From Saccostrea echinata (Eukaryota), in the NCBI RefSeq assembly GCF_033153115.1, contig NW_026889805.1:7998001-8062000 (forward strand): a DNA stretch of 64,000 nucleotides, written 5' to 3'. A model generated the notes under the pieces. That model worked only from the letters and a program-made list of their open reading frames with translations. It ran no database searches and was not told where the DNA came from. The number at the start of each line of letters is the position of its first letter. The first letter of the stretch is position 1. Shown here in pieces: positions 50,301 through 63,401 of this stretch. The position numbers and the translations under genes were made by a program.

Positions 50301-52860
50301 TTGCTGTTGTTATACCTTGTGTTGTGGCTGGACTACTATTAGTCAAGGCTCCTTGTGTGGTGGTTGCCTGAGTACTATCAGTCGTGGCTCCTTGTGTTGT
50401 GGCTGCCTGAGTACTTGCTGTCATGGCTCCCTGTGTCGTAACAGCCTGAGTACTATCAGTCGTGACACCTTGTGTTGTGGCTGCCTGGGTACTTGCAGTT
50501 GTTGCACCTTGTGTTGTCGCTGCCTGAGTACTTACTGTTGTTGCACCTTGTGTTGTGGCAGCCTGGGTACTTGCAGTTGTTGCACCTTGTGTTGTGGCTG
50601 TCTGTGTACTATCTGTTGTTACACCTTGTGTTGTGGCAGCTTGGGTACTTGCAGTCGTAGCTACTTGTGTTGTGGCAGCTTGGGTACTTCCAGATGTGCC
50701 TCCTTGAGTTGTAGCTTCCTGAGTACTAGCTGTTGCAACTTGTGTTGTTGATGACTGGGTGCTTGCAGTTGTTGCACCTTGTGTGGTGACAGACTGAGTA
50801 CTTGCTGCCGTAGCTCCTTGTGTTGTAGAAGCCTGAGTACTATCAGTCGTGGCTCCTTGTGTTGTGGCTGCTTGGGTACTTGCAGTTGTTGCACCTTGTG
50901 TTGTGGCTACCCGAGTACCTGCAGTTGTTGCACCTTGTGTTGTGGCTGCCTGAGTACTTGTAATTGTTGCACCTTGTGTTGTGGCTGCCTGGGTACTTGT
51001 AATTGTTGCACCTTGTGTTGTGGCTGTCTGAGTACTATCAGTCGTGACCTCTTGTGTTGTGGCTGCCTGGGTACTTGCTGTTGTTGCACCTTGTGTTGTG
51101 GCAGCTTGGGTACTTGCAGTCGTAGCACCTTGTGTTGTGGCAGTTTGTGTACTTCCAGATGTGCCTCCTTGAGTTGTGGCTGTAGCTGTTGCACCTTGTG
51201 TTGTTGCTGCCTGGGTACTTGTAGTTGTTGCACCTTTTGTTGTGACTCCCTGAGTACTTGCCGCCGTAGCTCCTTGTGTTGTAGTAACCTGAGTACTATC
51301 AGTCGTGGCTCCTTGTGTTGTGGCTGCCTGGGTACTTGCAGTTGTTGCACCTTGTGTTGTGACTCCCTGAGTACTTGCTGTTGTTGCACCTTGTGTTGTG
51401 GCTGCCTGAGTGCTTGCAGTTGTTGCACCTTGTGTTGTGGCAGCTTGAGTACTTGAAATCGTAGCACCTTGTGTTGTGGCAGCCTGTGTACTTCCAGTTG
51501 TTGCTCCTTGTGTAGTGGCTGTTTGAGAACTAGCTGTCGTGACTTCTTGTGTGGTTGCTGTCTGGGTACTTGCAGTTGTTGCTCCTTGTGTGGTGACTTC
51601 CAGAGTACTTGTAGTTGATGCTCCTTGTGTCATGGTTGCCTGAGTACTCAATGATGTAGCTGCCTGAGTACTTGCAGTTGAGGCTTCTTGTGTGGTTGGT
51701 GCTTGAGTACTTGTAGCTGTAGCTCCTTGTGTAGTTGCTGTCTGAGTACTTGCTGTTGTGGTTCCTTCTGTTATCACTGTGTGAGTACTATCAGTTGTGG
51801 CCTCTTGTGTTGTTGCTGTCTGAGTACTGACAGTGGTAGCTACTTGTGTGGTGACTGTCTGTGTACTGACAGCTGTTGCTCCTTGTGTTGTCATTGTCAG
51901 GGTACTATCAGTCGTAGCTGCCTGTGTGCTATCAGTCGAGGTTGCCTGGGAACTGATAGTTGTAGCTACTTGTGTTGTTGCTGACTGAGATATGTCTGTT
52001 GTTGCAACCTGTGTGATGGCTGCCTGAGTACTTAAAGTCGAAGCTTCTTGTGTGGTGGCTGCCTGAGTGCTGACAGCTGTTGCTCCCTGTGTCGTGGATG
52101 CCTGGGTACTGTCACTTGTTGCTGTCTGAGTACTTATAGTCATGCCTTCTTGTGTTGTAGCTGTCTGAATACAGTCAGTTGTGGCTTCTTGTGTTGTTGT
52201 TGACTGAGTACTGTCAGTTGTGGCTTCTTGTGTTGTTGTTGACTGAGTACTGTCAGTTGTAGATATTGTAGATACTTGTGTACATAGAGTTGTGGCTCCT
52301 TGTGTTGTGGCTGCTTGAGTACTTGTAGTTGTGGCTCCTTGTGTTGTGGCTGCCTGAGTGCTTGTAGTTGTGGCTCCTTGTGTTGTGGCTGCCTGAGTGC
52401 TTGTAGTTGTGGCTCCTTGTGTTGTGGCTGCCTGAGTGCTTGTAGTTGTGGCTCCTTGTGTTGTGGCTGCCTGAGTACTTGTAATTGTGGCTCCTTGTGT
52501 TGTGGCTGCCTGAGTACTTGTAATTGTGGCTCCTTGTGTTGTGGCTGCCTGAGTACTTGTAGTTGTTGCTTCCTGTGTTGTAGCTGTCTGAGAACTGACA
52601 GTTGTTGCTTCCTGTGTTGTAGCTGTCTGAGTACTGACAGTTGTTACTTCCTGTGATGTAGCTGTCTGAGAACTGACAGTTGTTACTTCCTGTGTTGTAA
52701 CTGTCTGAGTACTCTCTGTGTAGCCTCCTTGCGTTGTGGTTATTTGTACACTATCAGTGGAAGCCGGCGTACTTTCCGTAATAATTTCTTGTGCCGAGGT
52801 TTGGTGAGCCAAAATTAACAAGAAAGAGAAGACGCAAACTTGATTTGTAAGCGAAGTCAT
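44317..52860 (-). CDS. Transmembrane SEA-domain mucin (Thr-rich, ~1,450 aa, spliced)
   Basis: Exons 52860-49362, 49194-49091, 48954-48890, 48025-47856 (or -47847), 47681-47570, 47459-47443, 47205-47073, 46799-46672, 44815-44772 and 44541-44491. The end is either 44349-44317 or read-through to a stop at 44443. All junctions are GT/AG and phase-consistent. Features: signal peptide, 13-aa repeats, SEA (DLSDQTSQVY..RIGSLIVNY), 4-Cys module, TM LILGLAIGIPVFFLVAFLVALACIL-TRRHRR, Tyr-rich tail. Tail exons are less certain. Confidence 0.85.
45767..45867. mobile_element. 101-bp MITE with 9-bp TSD (AcademH-like)
   Basis: TIR TAGCTGCAATAATGTAGCCCTCTCC / GGAGAGGGCTACATTATTGCAGTTA. TSD GCCGATCAC at 45758-45766 and 45868-45876. 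Confidence 0.75.
45890..46638. mobile_element. GCGGATCCAG..AAATCCGCCA-type MITE in a mucin intron
   Basis: GCGGATCCAGGAATT..GGGGGTCTGGGGGCCGCC at the left and CTAAATCCGCCAG at the right. Confidence 0.5.
49362..52860 (-). CDS. Mucin main coding exon: signal peptide plus PTS repeat domain
   Basis: Acceptor TTTTCAG|ATG at 52861/52860 and donor G|GTGAT at 49362/49361. MTSLTNQVCVFSFLLILAHQTSA is followed by >1,100 aa of T/S/A/Q repeats. Confidence 0.95.
49420..52720 (-). repeat. 39-bp coding minisatellite (TQAATTQGATTxS)
   Basis: More than 80 diverged units, e.g. plus-strand TGTGTTGTGGCTGCCTGAGTACTATCAGTTGTGGCTCCT. Confidence 0.95.
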
Positions 52861-54277
52861 CTGAAAAATACATTATAAATAAGGTATAAATTTTAAATAT
52901 ATTTATATATTTATTATATATATCAAAAATGTCTTTCTATGGAATTTTTGGGCATTATTTCCTCATCCTGTACTTGTATCAGTCGTAGCTGTTAGGCATT
53001 GACTGCCTCTCTAATTCTCGGCTTGAAATGTTAGGAACTTTTTTTCAGTTTTAATTACATGTTTGCATCTGCAACCTATTTCTAATGAATGTACATACTG
53101 TATGTACCAATGCCATGCATTTGTAGGACATGTACCTAGATCATCTTATAATGTTTAGTTTAACGTTTGCATCGGTTTTCAAGGTGTGACCGGGTTAAAT
53201 AGAACGTGTCTTAAATTTACTGATTACCTATTGATTAGGAAAACAGGATTGCGATGAATCTTTTTAGGAAAAAGATAAAGTTTTATATATATATTTAAGG
53301 AATGTTTTTAAGTTTTGTGTGAGTTATTGGTGTGTAAATCACACAGACTTGTCACATAGGCATATTTCATGAAGCGCGCTAGTTTCTTTCTTTTTGTAAT
53401 TTAATCCAAGATGTTCAGTGTTTGGGTGTATTATTCAAGATATGATTTACTGTAGTCTTTGGATTACTGTATATCATTTATCTGAACAACGTTTCATTGA
53501 AAATATACTAGTCCTGTACTGATGTATAGAGCATTTGGTCAAAGATGTTCTATTCGCTCAAACTATTCATGTCTAGCAGAGAGAATGTCCAATGGCTAAA
53601 AAATACCAGGTCAAACAGTACATTTTGAGGGTAATTTTCAATGAATGGACGCCAAGATTCACCTTTTTGTGTTCGAATTCCATTATAAATACAATGAAAC
53701 TTCTGGAGAAGCACCCCTTCTCTAACAATACGGCCAATATTAGCGCTAGTCAATGGACCAGGACGGTTTCGGGCAGTGACCTTTTCTACCCCGATCATAT
53801 AATTGAGGGCGTGTCTAATTACGAATTTAATGCATGCATATATTTAAAAAAAAAATGAATTTGACCAAAAACAAGAATATGATATGAAGTCATTGGTCCA
53901 GAAATACATGTCATTTGATTTAATTTAATTTATGTGACGCAAAAACTTTTTGAAAAAGAGTATTGTCAAAGACGGTATGATTTAAAAATCAAATGTGTAA
54001 AAGAATTTTTCTGAAAAGGGATGTATGTGTTTTATAAGCAGTGTCAAATATATTGTTCAAGCAGTTCTACAGATTTAAAAGGACATCATGATTAACCATT
54101 TAGATTATTAATCAATATATTGATAAATATAGTTTGCGTATATAAATAATCTAAATATTTCATTGTAAAATATTTTTCTTATATACTATAATTGTTCAAT
54201 AATAGATGTACAATATTCTTATTGTAATATAATTATAATAAGTAAATAATATTGAATAGTACAATTTATTTTCTCAC

Positions 54278-54420
54278 CTTGTTCAGTAAAGTTTCTCGAT
54301 CAAAATGATAAAAAGTAGCAGGTACACTAAATCATATAAATCCCGTAATTATTTCTGTACGAAAAATTCACCGGCTATACATGCTTCCAAAAATGTTGTA
54401 ATAACGCTGAGTGACTGTGA
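54278..54420 (-). other. Putative 5' UTR exon of the mucin gene
   Basis: Strong donor AAG|GTGAG at 54278/54277. The coding exon begins directly at an acceptor, so an upstream exon is expected. The TSS position is a guess. Confidence 0.4.
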
Positions 54421-56314
54421 GGGCTGTGCCGGGGTTTGTCATGCGTGATTCGGGGATGCCCCACTGATTTCATTGATGTTTCGTTAGACTGAGATGCCTC
54501 CTGTTACGGTTATACTGTGTGTAGGCACTGCCGTTCTACTTTTTAAATGACTGTATGACCTTTTAAATCGGATGGAATATATTGCTATTTACTACGTAAC
54601 TCGCCTTCCACATGAATGAAAAAAATTCAGGTGTGTCTACCGTTAACTCAGCTCTTATGGAAGCAACACCTTACGGTGATTTAAAGAAAATACCATTAAC
54701 ATTTTTTTAATGAATTGTATGGTGATGTGAATAATGTATTTTGTCCATAAAATTAATAAAGAAGAGTAAATATGATATTTGGGCCATTGACTTTATTATG
54801 TATATAAATATGAGAAATGATAAATCCCCAAAGCAGATGTATGTGGTACCTCCAGCCCCCCCCCCTTTTTTTAAAAAAAAAAAATGTTTTGTTTCAGTTT
54901 ATTTAGTCTAATAACAAATTTTGAAACCAATAGATATCGAGGATAGAGGAGTGTATTTCACAACTTGTATGATGTATTGAAATTTCGGACGAAAGAAACC
55001 AACGGAGAGCATGAGACAGATCTGACATGATTGTAACTTAAACAAACCTGGGCTTAATCATACATACGGTGTTTACTGTTCACCATTTCCCCAACTCTCA
55101 GACCGTCCTATTTACACACAGTATACAGAAAATACTTGGACAAGCCATTCAATTGCTCAACTTTTTTTTAAAATCAGTTTTTAGACCATACTGCATCGTA
55201 TATGTATTTCGAAGTCACAAGCATATGTTTGATTGATTGATTGGTAGTGGTGAATTAGAGAGTGTTGTACATCACTGGATCAACACTCAGAGACGCCATT
55301 ACATTTTTAACTTATAATAAGTAGTAGAGTGTGGATTAATCTACAATTTTTAAGTCTATAATTTATATGAACCTACATAAGTTATCAAACAATCATGCCG
55401 ATGGACTTTTAAAAGATAAAGACAACATTTATCTAAAACAAAAAAAAGAAGAAGAAACGAATAACACATGAAAAAAAAAACAAAAAACCAAAGTTGAATA
55501 TTATGGGATTTAAACTACACGCCTAAGAATGAAGTAATAACACGATTAATGTTTAAGACATTAAATTTGGGGATAATCACTTCTATCGGGTTTATGGGTA
55601 TAGCAGGGTCGCTCCAGTGAACTTTCTTTGAAAATGAAATTTCTATTTTAGGATCGTATATAAATTGACGGGTTGTTGTAAAATGGATCAGTGATAAATA
55701 GTAAAAGGCTGGGAGAGGACGGTGGTGAACTTAAATCTGCTCAAAGAAATGTTAAATGAGACAAATTCATGTCTCCAAAAATGTCAACGCCTTGCATTTA
55801 AGAAAAAAACTTTATATGATTTATTTATATTTTTAATTGTTTGATTTTAAAAAAAGATTTCTTCCTATCCTTATTTTAAACATTGTATGATATATATTAA
55901 TGTATTATATACGTTCAAATAAATAAATAAATAATTAAAATAAATATAAATGAGAAGTTAGTTGTGAAGCTACAAGAATTTCGAATTAGAGCGACAACCA
56001 TTTTATAAGCTGGTTTATCAACTGTTTTGTTTCTTTAGAAAAAGTTTTTTTCCCCACTGTAGAATTAAATAAAAATGAAAGAAAAAATAAGACACCAGAG
56101 GACAAATTCTTTTGATTTTTTTTATGGTAAAGGTTTGTATTGCAAGAAAGTATGCAACAAAAATTATTAATGGGGTTAAATGCATTCCCCAAAATGAGCT
56201 GTAAGCAAGATAATGAATGACTTCGTAAACCAAATGCAACTCGGGGATTATATCTCCCCAACCGGGGATTATATATCCCCAGCCATACCCTTCCCCACTG
56301 AAATAAAAAAAAAA

Positions 56315-56794
56315 AAACTAGAGGTACTGTGAGCACTGAGCTCACTAAATGATACCCCCGCCTCCCATATGATTATAATGGCAAAGTCCATGTTTTTCTC
56401 TCGGAAACCCGAAATAAGTGTCAGATCAAAAAGTAAAATAGGAGGTGCACAATGGCATTATGTAATAAAGAATCTGTGAAAGTATCCTTAAATTTTATTC
56501 AGTGGTATAGGAGGAGTTGCGGATAAGAGATGGGTACCCTTCAATATTATGGAAAGAATGGCAGTGTCCATCTTTTGCTATGGGAAACCCGAAATATGTG
56601 TCCGATCAAAAAGTAAAATAGGAGGTGCACAATGGCACTATGTAACAAAGATTCTGTGAAAGGTACATAAAATTTCATTCAGTGGTATAAGAGGAGTTGC
56701 GGATAAGAGATGGGTACCCCAAAGCGTAACAGACGGACGGACGGACATCCCGATCACTATATACCCTCCCACTTTTCAAGCGGGGGTATAATAA
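56315..56794 (-). mobile_element. HINE with two 180-bp internal monomers
   Basis: AACTAGAGG..GTGAGC/GCTCAC hairpin..ATACCCCCGC at one end. (GACG)n and GCGGGGGTATAATAA at the other. Monomers start at 56377 and 56557. Confidence 0.8.
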
Positions 56795-57510
56795 GGACTA
56801 CATGTACTTGTTTTTTTTTTTCGTACTGTAGTGATATTTTTCTCCATTTTACAAAAGAGAAGGAAATATCACATCAACCTCACGTGTACCACGCTTTTCT
56901 TAAATTCATTTAGATCAATGTTTTGCTACTTTCTTTAGAAACACAACACAAGTAGGCCCAACATAAACAAGTAACATAAAACCCTCTCACTGGTGGAGGG
57001 ATGAGAGTCATTTTCAGCAGTATACATGTACCCAAAGGATTTAATAAACAGAATAAAATTTATTTTTATTTTATTTAAAATCATTTTTTTTAATTCGTGT
57101 AAAATAATATGCTACATTATTGTGTGTCTGAAATTTGTTATCTATTCCTGATTCATAGTAACGTAAGAGAATGTGCCAGGTAATTATTAGTATTAATTCA
57201 GGCACATTTGTTAATTTTGGAAATATGCTTTAAACGTATGATAAGGATGCTCTTGTTGACAAAGCCAATTAATCAGATAAGAAACGTGCTTTAGATAATA
57301 TGACATTTGTCAGCTTGGAATGTCAATTGAAAAAAGAAACTAAAAAAATAAACAAAAGAAAAAAGAACAGAGAACATTCAAATAAACGTCTATAAAATAC
57401 GCCCCCAAAGAAATTAAGAAACATAATGAAATAATAGTTTAACGATGACAAACAAACCTTAAACTAACAGCAAGCAATTAGAAATAAAAAGCAAAAGATA
57501 CTTATATAAC

Positions 57511-57726
57511 GAAAAAGATGAAGATGACGAACAGTGATCGATCTAAAAAAAAAAAAAGTCTACAAACAATGCAAATCTGTGAACAGAACATATACAACAC
57601 GGACCCCCGGAAATTCCGGAGGTAGGATCGGGTGCATAAGAGGAGTAAACATTCCCTGTCGACTGGACACACTCGCCGTGAGTCCTATGTATTGATCAGG
57701 TAACTGGAATATTCCGCAGTCAAATC
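57511..57726 (-). mobile_element. Naiad-type PLE 3' UTR fragment (divergent subfamily)
   Basis: Core motif at 57598-57680 and terminal GAAGATGACGAACAGTGATC. Confidence 0.8.
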
Positions 57727-58882
57727 TAGTATAAAAAGATAAATGAGATTACAAGTTTCCTCGTATATATTTAGGGTTGGGGCCAAATCATATCACCTTA
57801 TCTACAGATTGCATCATCATCATCACGACGACGACGACGACAACAACAACATACAAAATAACATTTACACGTACTCACAAGAAAACTAGTACATATATAG
57901 TAAAATGCTGCATTTATAACAATTTATATACAAAGCAGGAACATTCAATTAATTGTTTTTGTTGTTTGAATATTTTTAAAAGGATTTATTCTAAGAATAT
58001 TTCTGCTTCACTAGAATCATTTGTACAAACATTTCATTCTCTTATACAACATGTATCCAGTTGAGTTCAATCTACCACGCGATTTTCAACCAACAGTCTG
58101 ACAAACATGAATTCTCATTAGGGAAATGGATTCTGGTTCAAACAACGAGATAAAACTGACTCCACCTCTTTTTATGGCTGGAACGAGTCGATTCTTATTA
58201 AGATTACTCGGATAATTTATATAACCAGTCGGGGAAAAACTGTTTCTGACTTGTGTAAATATTTCATGAAATTTCCTTTTACATCTTCTTTTAAGGTGAA
58301 AATGATTTCCAGGAGGATGACAAATTCAAAACATCTAATTCTTTTTCTTTATGTAAACAAGTTTGAAAAGGGGATTCAAAGTAATGTCTGAGTTAGCTTT
58401 CATAGTATAACTCGCTCAAAATCCTTTAGATGTAGGATATAAGCACACACAAAGATTATATCAGCATAAAAACCAAGAAAAAATACCATATAGTTTTTAC
58501 TTTAGTAAATTTCTTCCATCTATTTGATAGATTAATTATAAGTTGTCGATTATCATACTTTTCATGAAAACCGTATGTCTAGGATCTTTGCAAAATGTAC
58601 CAGTTTTTCCTCGGTCACGTGAGCTAGGATCTTTACTTTCCTCGGTCACTTGAGCTAGGATATTTACTACATGCAGCATTTCCTCGGTAAAGTAAGTGTT
58701 TATTAGTTCAAATTGTGATTTTTAAAAACACTACGCTTTGCATTCTGTGCTTTGTTGGCCTCCATCGAAATGAATGCAGTTGAAAAGCTAAATATAATTG
58801 CTACAGGTATTTACATGATGTTGAAGCACATTTACATGCATAAAAGGGATGTGGAATTATTTCAATATGTACTGATCTCAGC

Positions 58883-61341
58883 TGTCAAACCTGGTAACAA
58901 CATAGTCTTTGTTTGTAAGGCTCATTATTTGAATTGTATTTTAGAGGAACTAGGATTTAATTCTGCAAAAGGAAATCCAGCTTACACCCATAGCTCTCTT
59001 TCTAAGGATGAAATTCTTCAAAATCATATGTCCGTTTTAGATTTTTTTTAATATTCCCAACAATCAAAATGAAATTAAGGACGACGGACCGAATTCGAAA
59101 TTTCGCGCCACTGCACAGAAAACCGCGCATATGCCTTGAATCAAATTGACTTAAGGACATACGCAACGTAGTTTTAACTTTATTGTCTTTTTCTCTGGAG
59201 TTGAAGAGTTCCAATACTTAAAGGAACTTTGTGCTACATTTTAATTTCTATATATGCTATTGTACACTTCTTCTAAAACAAGTTTTGATAAACAAAACAT
59301 CTAGAATACCGGTATATGTTTAGTAATTTTTGTATATTTTTCTTTGAGTTATACAAAAATTTTCATCATTTGATATCTTTTCAAAACCACTGGTAATGCA
59401 TGCTGATTTGTTGTCTACGAACATCTGATGGCACTATAATCTTAAAATAAGAATATCTCAAAAAATTATCAGTAGGTAAGGTACGTTGTCCTTAATTATG
59501 TACTTCAATAGATAAAAAAAATATACATTTTTAATTCTTTTAAAGATATCAAACGTTTCCTCTCAATTAAAAAATATTGTAAATATTTCGATTTATATTC
59601 ATTTGTTAATTTTATAAATAAATGATTTATTTGGGCACGGTATTTTCATTGAAAATTTCCCCCAAAACGTGCCCTACACCTGAGTTTGACATGCCCTCCT
59701 GAAAAATATAAGCCGATAACCCATTTATTTTTTGGCATAATTTGCTGGTAAATTGTCTTGTTAACATTTCCCTTTAATATGAATAAAAATTCTATTGCAT
59801 AATTGTTTTTTCAATGATCACTCTTATACTCTACACTGGCAATTTCCCATTACTTCCTATAGTAATTATCGATTTCCATCGCCATCTTTTGAAACGCTCC
59901 CCATTAAAAATCTACATTGGTTACCATGTGATTTTTTTTATTGATTTTAACTCACCAAAAGTCACTTTACCTCATATTAGAATTTGAATAAAAAATCTAT
60001 TGCAGAAATGAATTAGGTCCTTCGTCGTTAAATTACCATACCTTTACTGGATTCCTAAACTTCATAAAATCCTTACAAAAAAGGATACATAGCGGGTTCC
60101 AATAAATGTTCTACCAAACTTCTTTCTTTACTCCTCACTAAAATATATATTGTAATGAAGGGGAAACTTCGGGAGTATTGTACAACAGTATATTCTAGAA
60201 GTGGTGTAAATCAGATGTGGATACTTAAAAACTTCAAGGAACTTTTAGAAAATTTGAAATCACAAAATTTTACTAAAATCAATAACATCAAAACATACGA
60301 CTTTTCAACACTTTATACAGCCATTCCCCACGATAAATTGAAGTCCAGGCTTTTTGATATCATAGACAGCTGCTTTTTCAACAAAAATGGAACTCGTAAA
60401 TAAACTTACCTTGCAATTGGTCATTTGCAAAATTATTTTGTTAATATGCATTCTGATTGAACACACAAGTACTCTGAAGTTGATATTAAAAAGATGCTTG
60501 AGTTTCTGATTGACAATATCTATGTAGTGTTTGGAGATTCTTTCTTCCAACAATCTGTTGGAATTCCCATGGGTACCAAACTCGCCCCGTTATTAGCAGA
60601 CCTATTTTTGTATTCATATGAAGCAGAATTTATTCAAAAACTTCTACATGAGAAAAAGAAAACACTTGCTGTGGCTTTTCAACTCGACATTTCGATATAT
60701 CGACGACGTATTATCAATTAACAATAGTTACTTCCATTCACATGTCGACTCGATATATCCCAGTGAGCTTGAAATAATAGATACCACAGAGTCTGACACA
60801 TCTGTTTCATGTCTAGATATTTTACTAGAAAAAGACGTTAATGGTAACCTAACAACAAAGCTTTATGATAAACGTGATGACTTTAACTGGGGTATATATC
60901 TCTCAGTTGATTCGATACGCAAGAGCATGGTCTACATATGAACAATTTTTAAAACGAGGCAAGCTATTGACAAACAAGTTGATGAAACAAGGATATCAAA
61001 CAGTCTCGTTTGAAGTCATCGTTTCGAAAGTTTTATGGTCGATACAATGACCTTGTCAGCACCTACAACCTATCATTGTGTCAAATGCTGACTGACGTTT
61101 TTCATACTAATTGTTAGGCCATTATTTATGCACTGAACTGTCTACGGATTTTTCCGGGTTTTTCCCCCGATCATGACAAGGAGCACACGGCGAGTGTGAC
61201 CGGTCGGCAGGGGATGCTCACTCCTCCATAGCACCTGATCCCACCTCTAAATTTTGAGGTCCATTTTTGATCTGCTCCAAATTTGTATCGTTTTATTGGA
61301 CTTTCAAGATTGAATACTGTTCGTTATCTTCTTATTTCATT
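58883..61341 (+). mobile_element. Naiad-type PLE RT region plus 3' UTR, interrupted and frameshifted
   Basis: Motifs GNNIVFVCKAHY, YWIPKLHK, GVNQMWILKN, YDFSTLYT, GIPMGT, RYIDD and YISQLIRYAR. 3' core from 61186. Confidence 0.9.
59079..60027. mobile_element. Kolobok-type non-autonomous element inside the Naiad RT
   Basis: TTAA at 59075-59078 and 60028-60031. TIR GGACGACGGACC / GGTCCTTCGTCG. Host sequence rejoins across it. A possible nested TTAA element lies at 59155-59491. Confidence 0.75.
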
Positions 61342-62323
61342 GATCAATTATTTGATTAATAGAAAAAAAAACAGACATAATTTTCATTTTAAAACAAATT
61401 ATTTACTTTATCAAGATTTTCAAACCTGATAATAGGCAAAATAAAATTACCATCCCCCAGAATACTTCATTATTTGATTCTATAAATAATCAGGTGAAGG
61501 AATTGCACATTATCTAAAAGATTTAGAATTTAAAACATTTCCGTTACCTAGTTACATGTACTACAGAAAGGCAAACCAGATTTAATCAAGTTTTCTCGAA
61601 TTCTGTCAAAAAAGGTTCTCCAAAAGGAAGACTGAGAACGCTATGTGATGAAAGCCAAAAACAGATATATAGGGCTGAAAACCCTTCTTGGATCCAGAAA
61701 ACATCAATATGTCATCAAGAAAACCATGTTTGAAGCAAGGAAAACAGCACAAGTTGCAGCAGAGATGATAAATTACAAACTGACACTGCTTGGTAAAAGT
61801 GAGACAAGATGGATTCAATCAGGACAGTGCAGACTAACTACTGGTGACTTAATGCTATATTTTGGACATGAAGAAGATAATTCAATGCATACATAGGGAG
61901 TGACAATAATGTTATCCAAAAAAGCAAAGGAAACATTAATAGGCTGACCAAGGAAAGTTTTATTTAGAACAAAACACAAAAGAATAAACACTAAATTATC
62001 ATCCAGTGCCATATGCTCTAACAAATGATGCAGAGGAAGAGACAACTGATGAATTTACGACAGACTTCAAAGTGTTCTTGACACCCGTAGAGAAAGAGAC
62101 GTCGCCATCCTGATGGGATATCTTGGACTAACACGGACTGTGCACTGTGCATATGAACGAGAATGGTGAAAGATTAACAAACTTCTGTTCACTCAACAAC
62201 TGGTCGTTGGTGACATAATACTCCAACACAAAAACATCCACAAAGCCACAAGGGTATCACCAGAGAACAAAACCGAGAACCAGGTAGATCATATATGCAT
62301 TAATAAATGGTTGGGATCTCTGC

Positions 62324-62485
62324 AAGATACTAGGATCAAACGAGCAGCAGATGAAATCTCAGACCACCACCTACTGAAAGATACTAGGATCAAACGAGCA
62401 GCAGATGAAATCTCAGACCACCACCTACTGAAAGATACTAGGATCAAACGAGCAGCAGATGAAATCTCAGACCACCACCTACTGA
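62324..62485 (+). repeat. Perfect 54-bp x3 tandem repeat
   Basis: AAGATACTAGGATCAAACGAGCAGCAGATGAAATCTCAGACCACCACCTACTGA at 62324, 62378 and 62432. Confidence 0.95.
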
Positions 62486-63335
62486 AAGAAGAACAAAACG
62501 AAGCTCAAGAAAAAATAGAAATAAACTTACAGAGACTGATATACAATACCAGACTCCTCAAATATACCCAAATACTATAGGAGTATAAGATAACACCGGC
62601 GGAGGAAGACCACCGACAAAAGAGGAGGTTAAAGCAGCCTTAAAACAGCTGAGAAATGGCAAGTCAGCAGGGCCTGACAACATCCTTGCAGAAGCACTAA
62701 AAGCAGATTTTGACGGCTCGGTCGACATAGATGTACTCTACGCGCTCTTATAAATAATATGATATAATTCTCCATTATATATGGGAAACTTAAATACTAA
62801 AAAAGAAAAAGAAAAAATTATTCCACAAAATAGAAATAGGGTTCCATATCAAGATTCCTGAAATGGAGATCTTAGTAACTGTGCCAACTATAGAGGAATA
62901 ACGCTATTTTAAAATGTTCCAGGGAAGGTATCCATTCGGATAATAGTGAACAGGAAAAAAAAGAAGTGTAATGTGGCCAACAAGCTGGTTTTCTTAAATA
63001 AAAGATCTTGTACGGACCAGATACAACATATGCATTATCATTGAGCAATGTCCTGAATGGAATTCTTCCCTTTACGTAAGTTTCATGGACTACGAGAAAG
63101 GTTTTGACAGTGTTGACGAGGGGGGGGGGGGGTGAAATGGAAACTTCTGCGGCATTATGGAGTACCTGGTATACTTATACCTGTATATCAACAATTCTTA
63201 TGAACACCTGGCATGCATGCATGGTTGACAACTGACGGAGGCACATTTGAAGTTAAAACTGGAGTCTATCAAAGATGTCACCCTTTCTGTTTCTGCTTGC
63301 AATAGACTGGATATTGAAATCATCCACCGACAATA

Positions 63336-63401
63336 CCGCCGAAATATGGCTGAAATATTGCCGACCCGGCGTTAAACAATATGCAATCAATCAATCAATC
63401 A
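63336..63401 (+). mobile_element. 5'-truncated SINE/LINE tail inserted in the RTE element
   Basis: GCTGAAATATTGCCGA..GGCGTTAAAC..(CAAT)n tail. 14-bp TSD ATCCACCGACAATA / ATCCACCGGCAATA. Confidence 0.75.

Noticed and set aside
49423-52656. Long Cys-rich plus-strand ORFs (CCGCLST.., keratin-associated/metallothionein-like) and minus-strand PQHKEPQLIVLRQ ORFs
   Set aside because: These are shadow frames of the 39-bp mucin repeat (antisense of ACA/GCA codons gives TGT/TGC). They mostly start at non-ATG codons and are broken by stops, while the Thr-rich frame has a signal peptide, splice sites and downstream domains.
58040-58500. Possible minus-strand APE endonuclease relic (RGGVSFY, IIFVCAYI)
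   Set aside because: Too few and too degraded motifs to support a call.
61165-61270. SECIS element or selenoprotein-coding Naiad, as reported for some clams
   Set aside because: ATGA at 61173 is not followed by the apical AA at SECIS spacing. The RT copies are broken by frameshifts and TAA/TAG rather than by conserved in-frame TGA.
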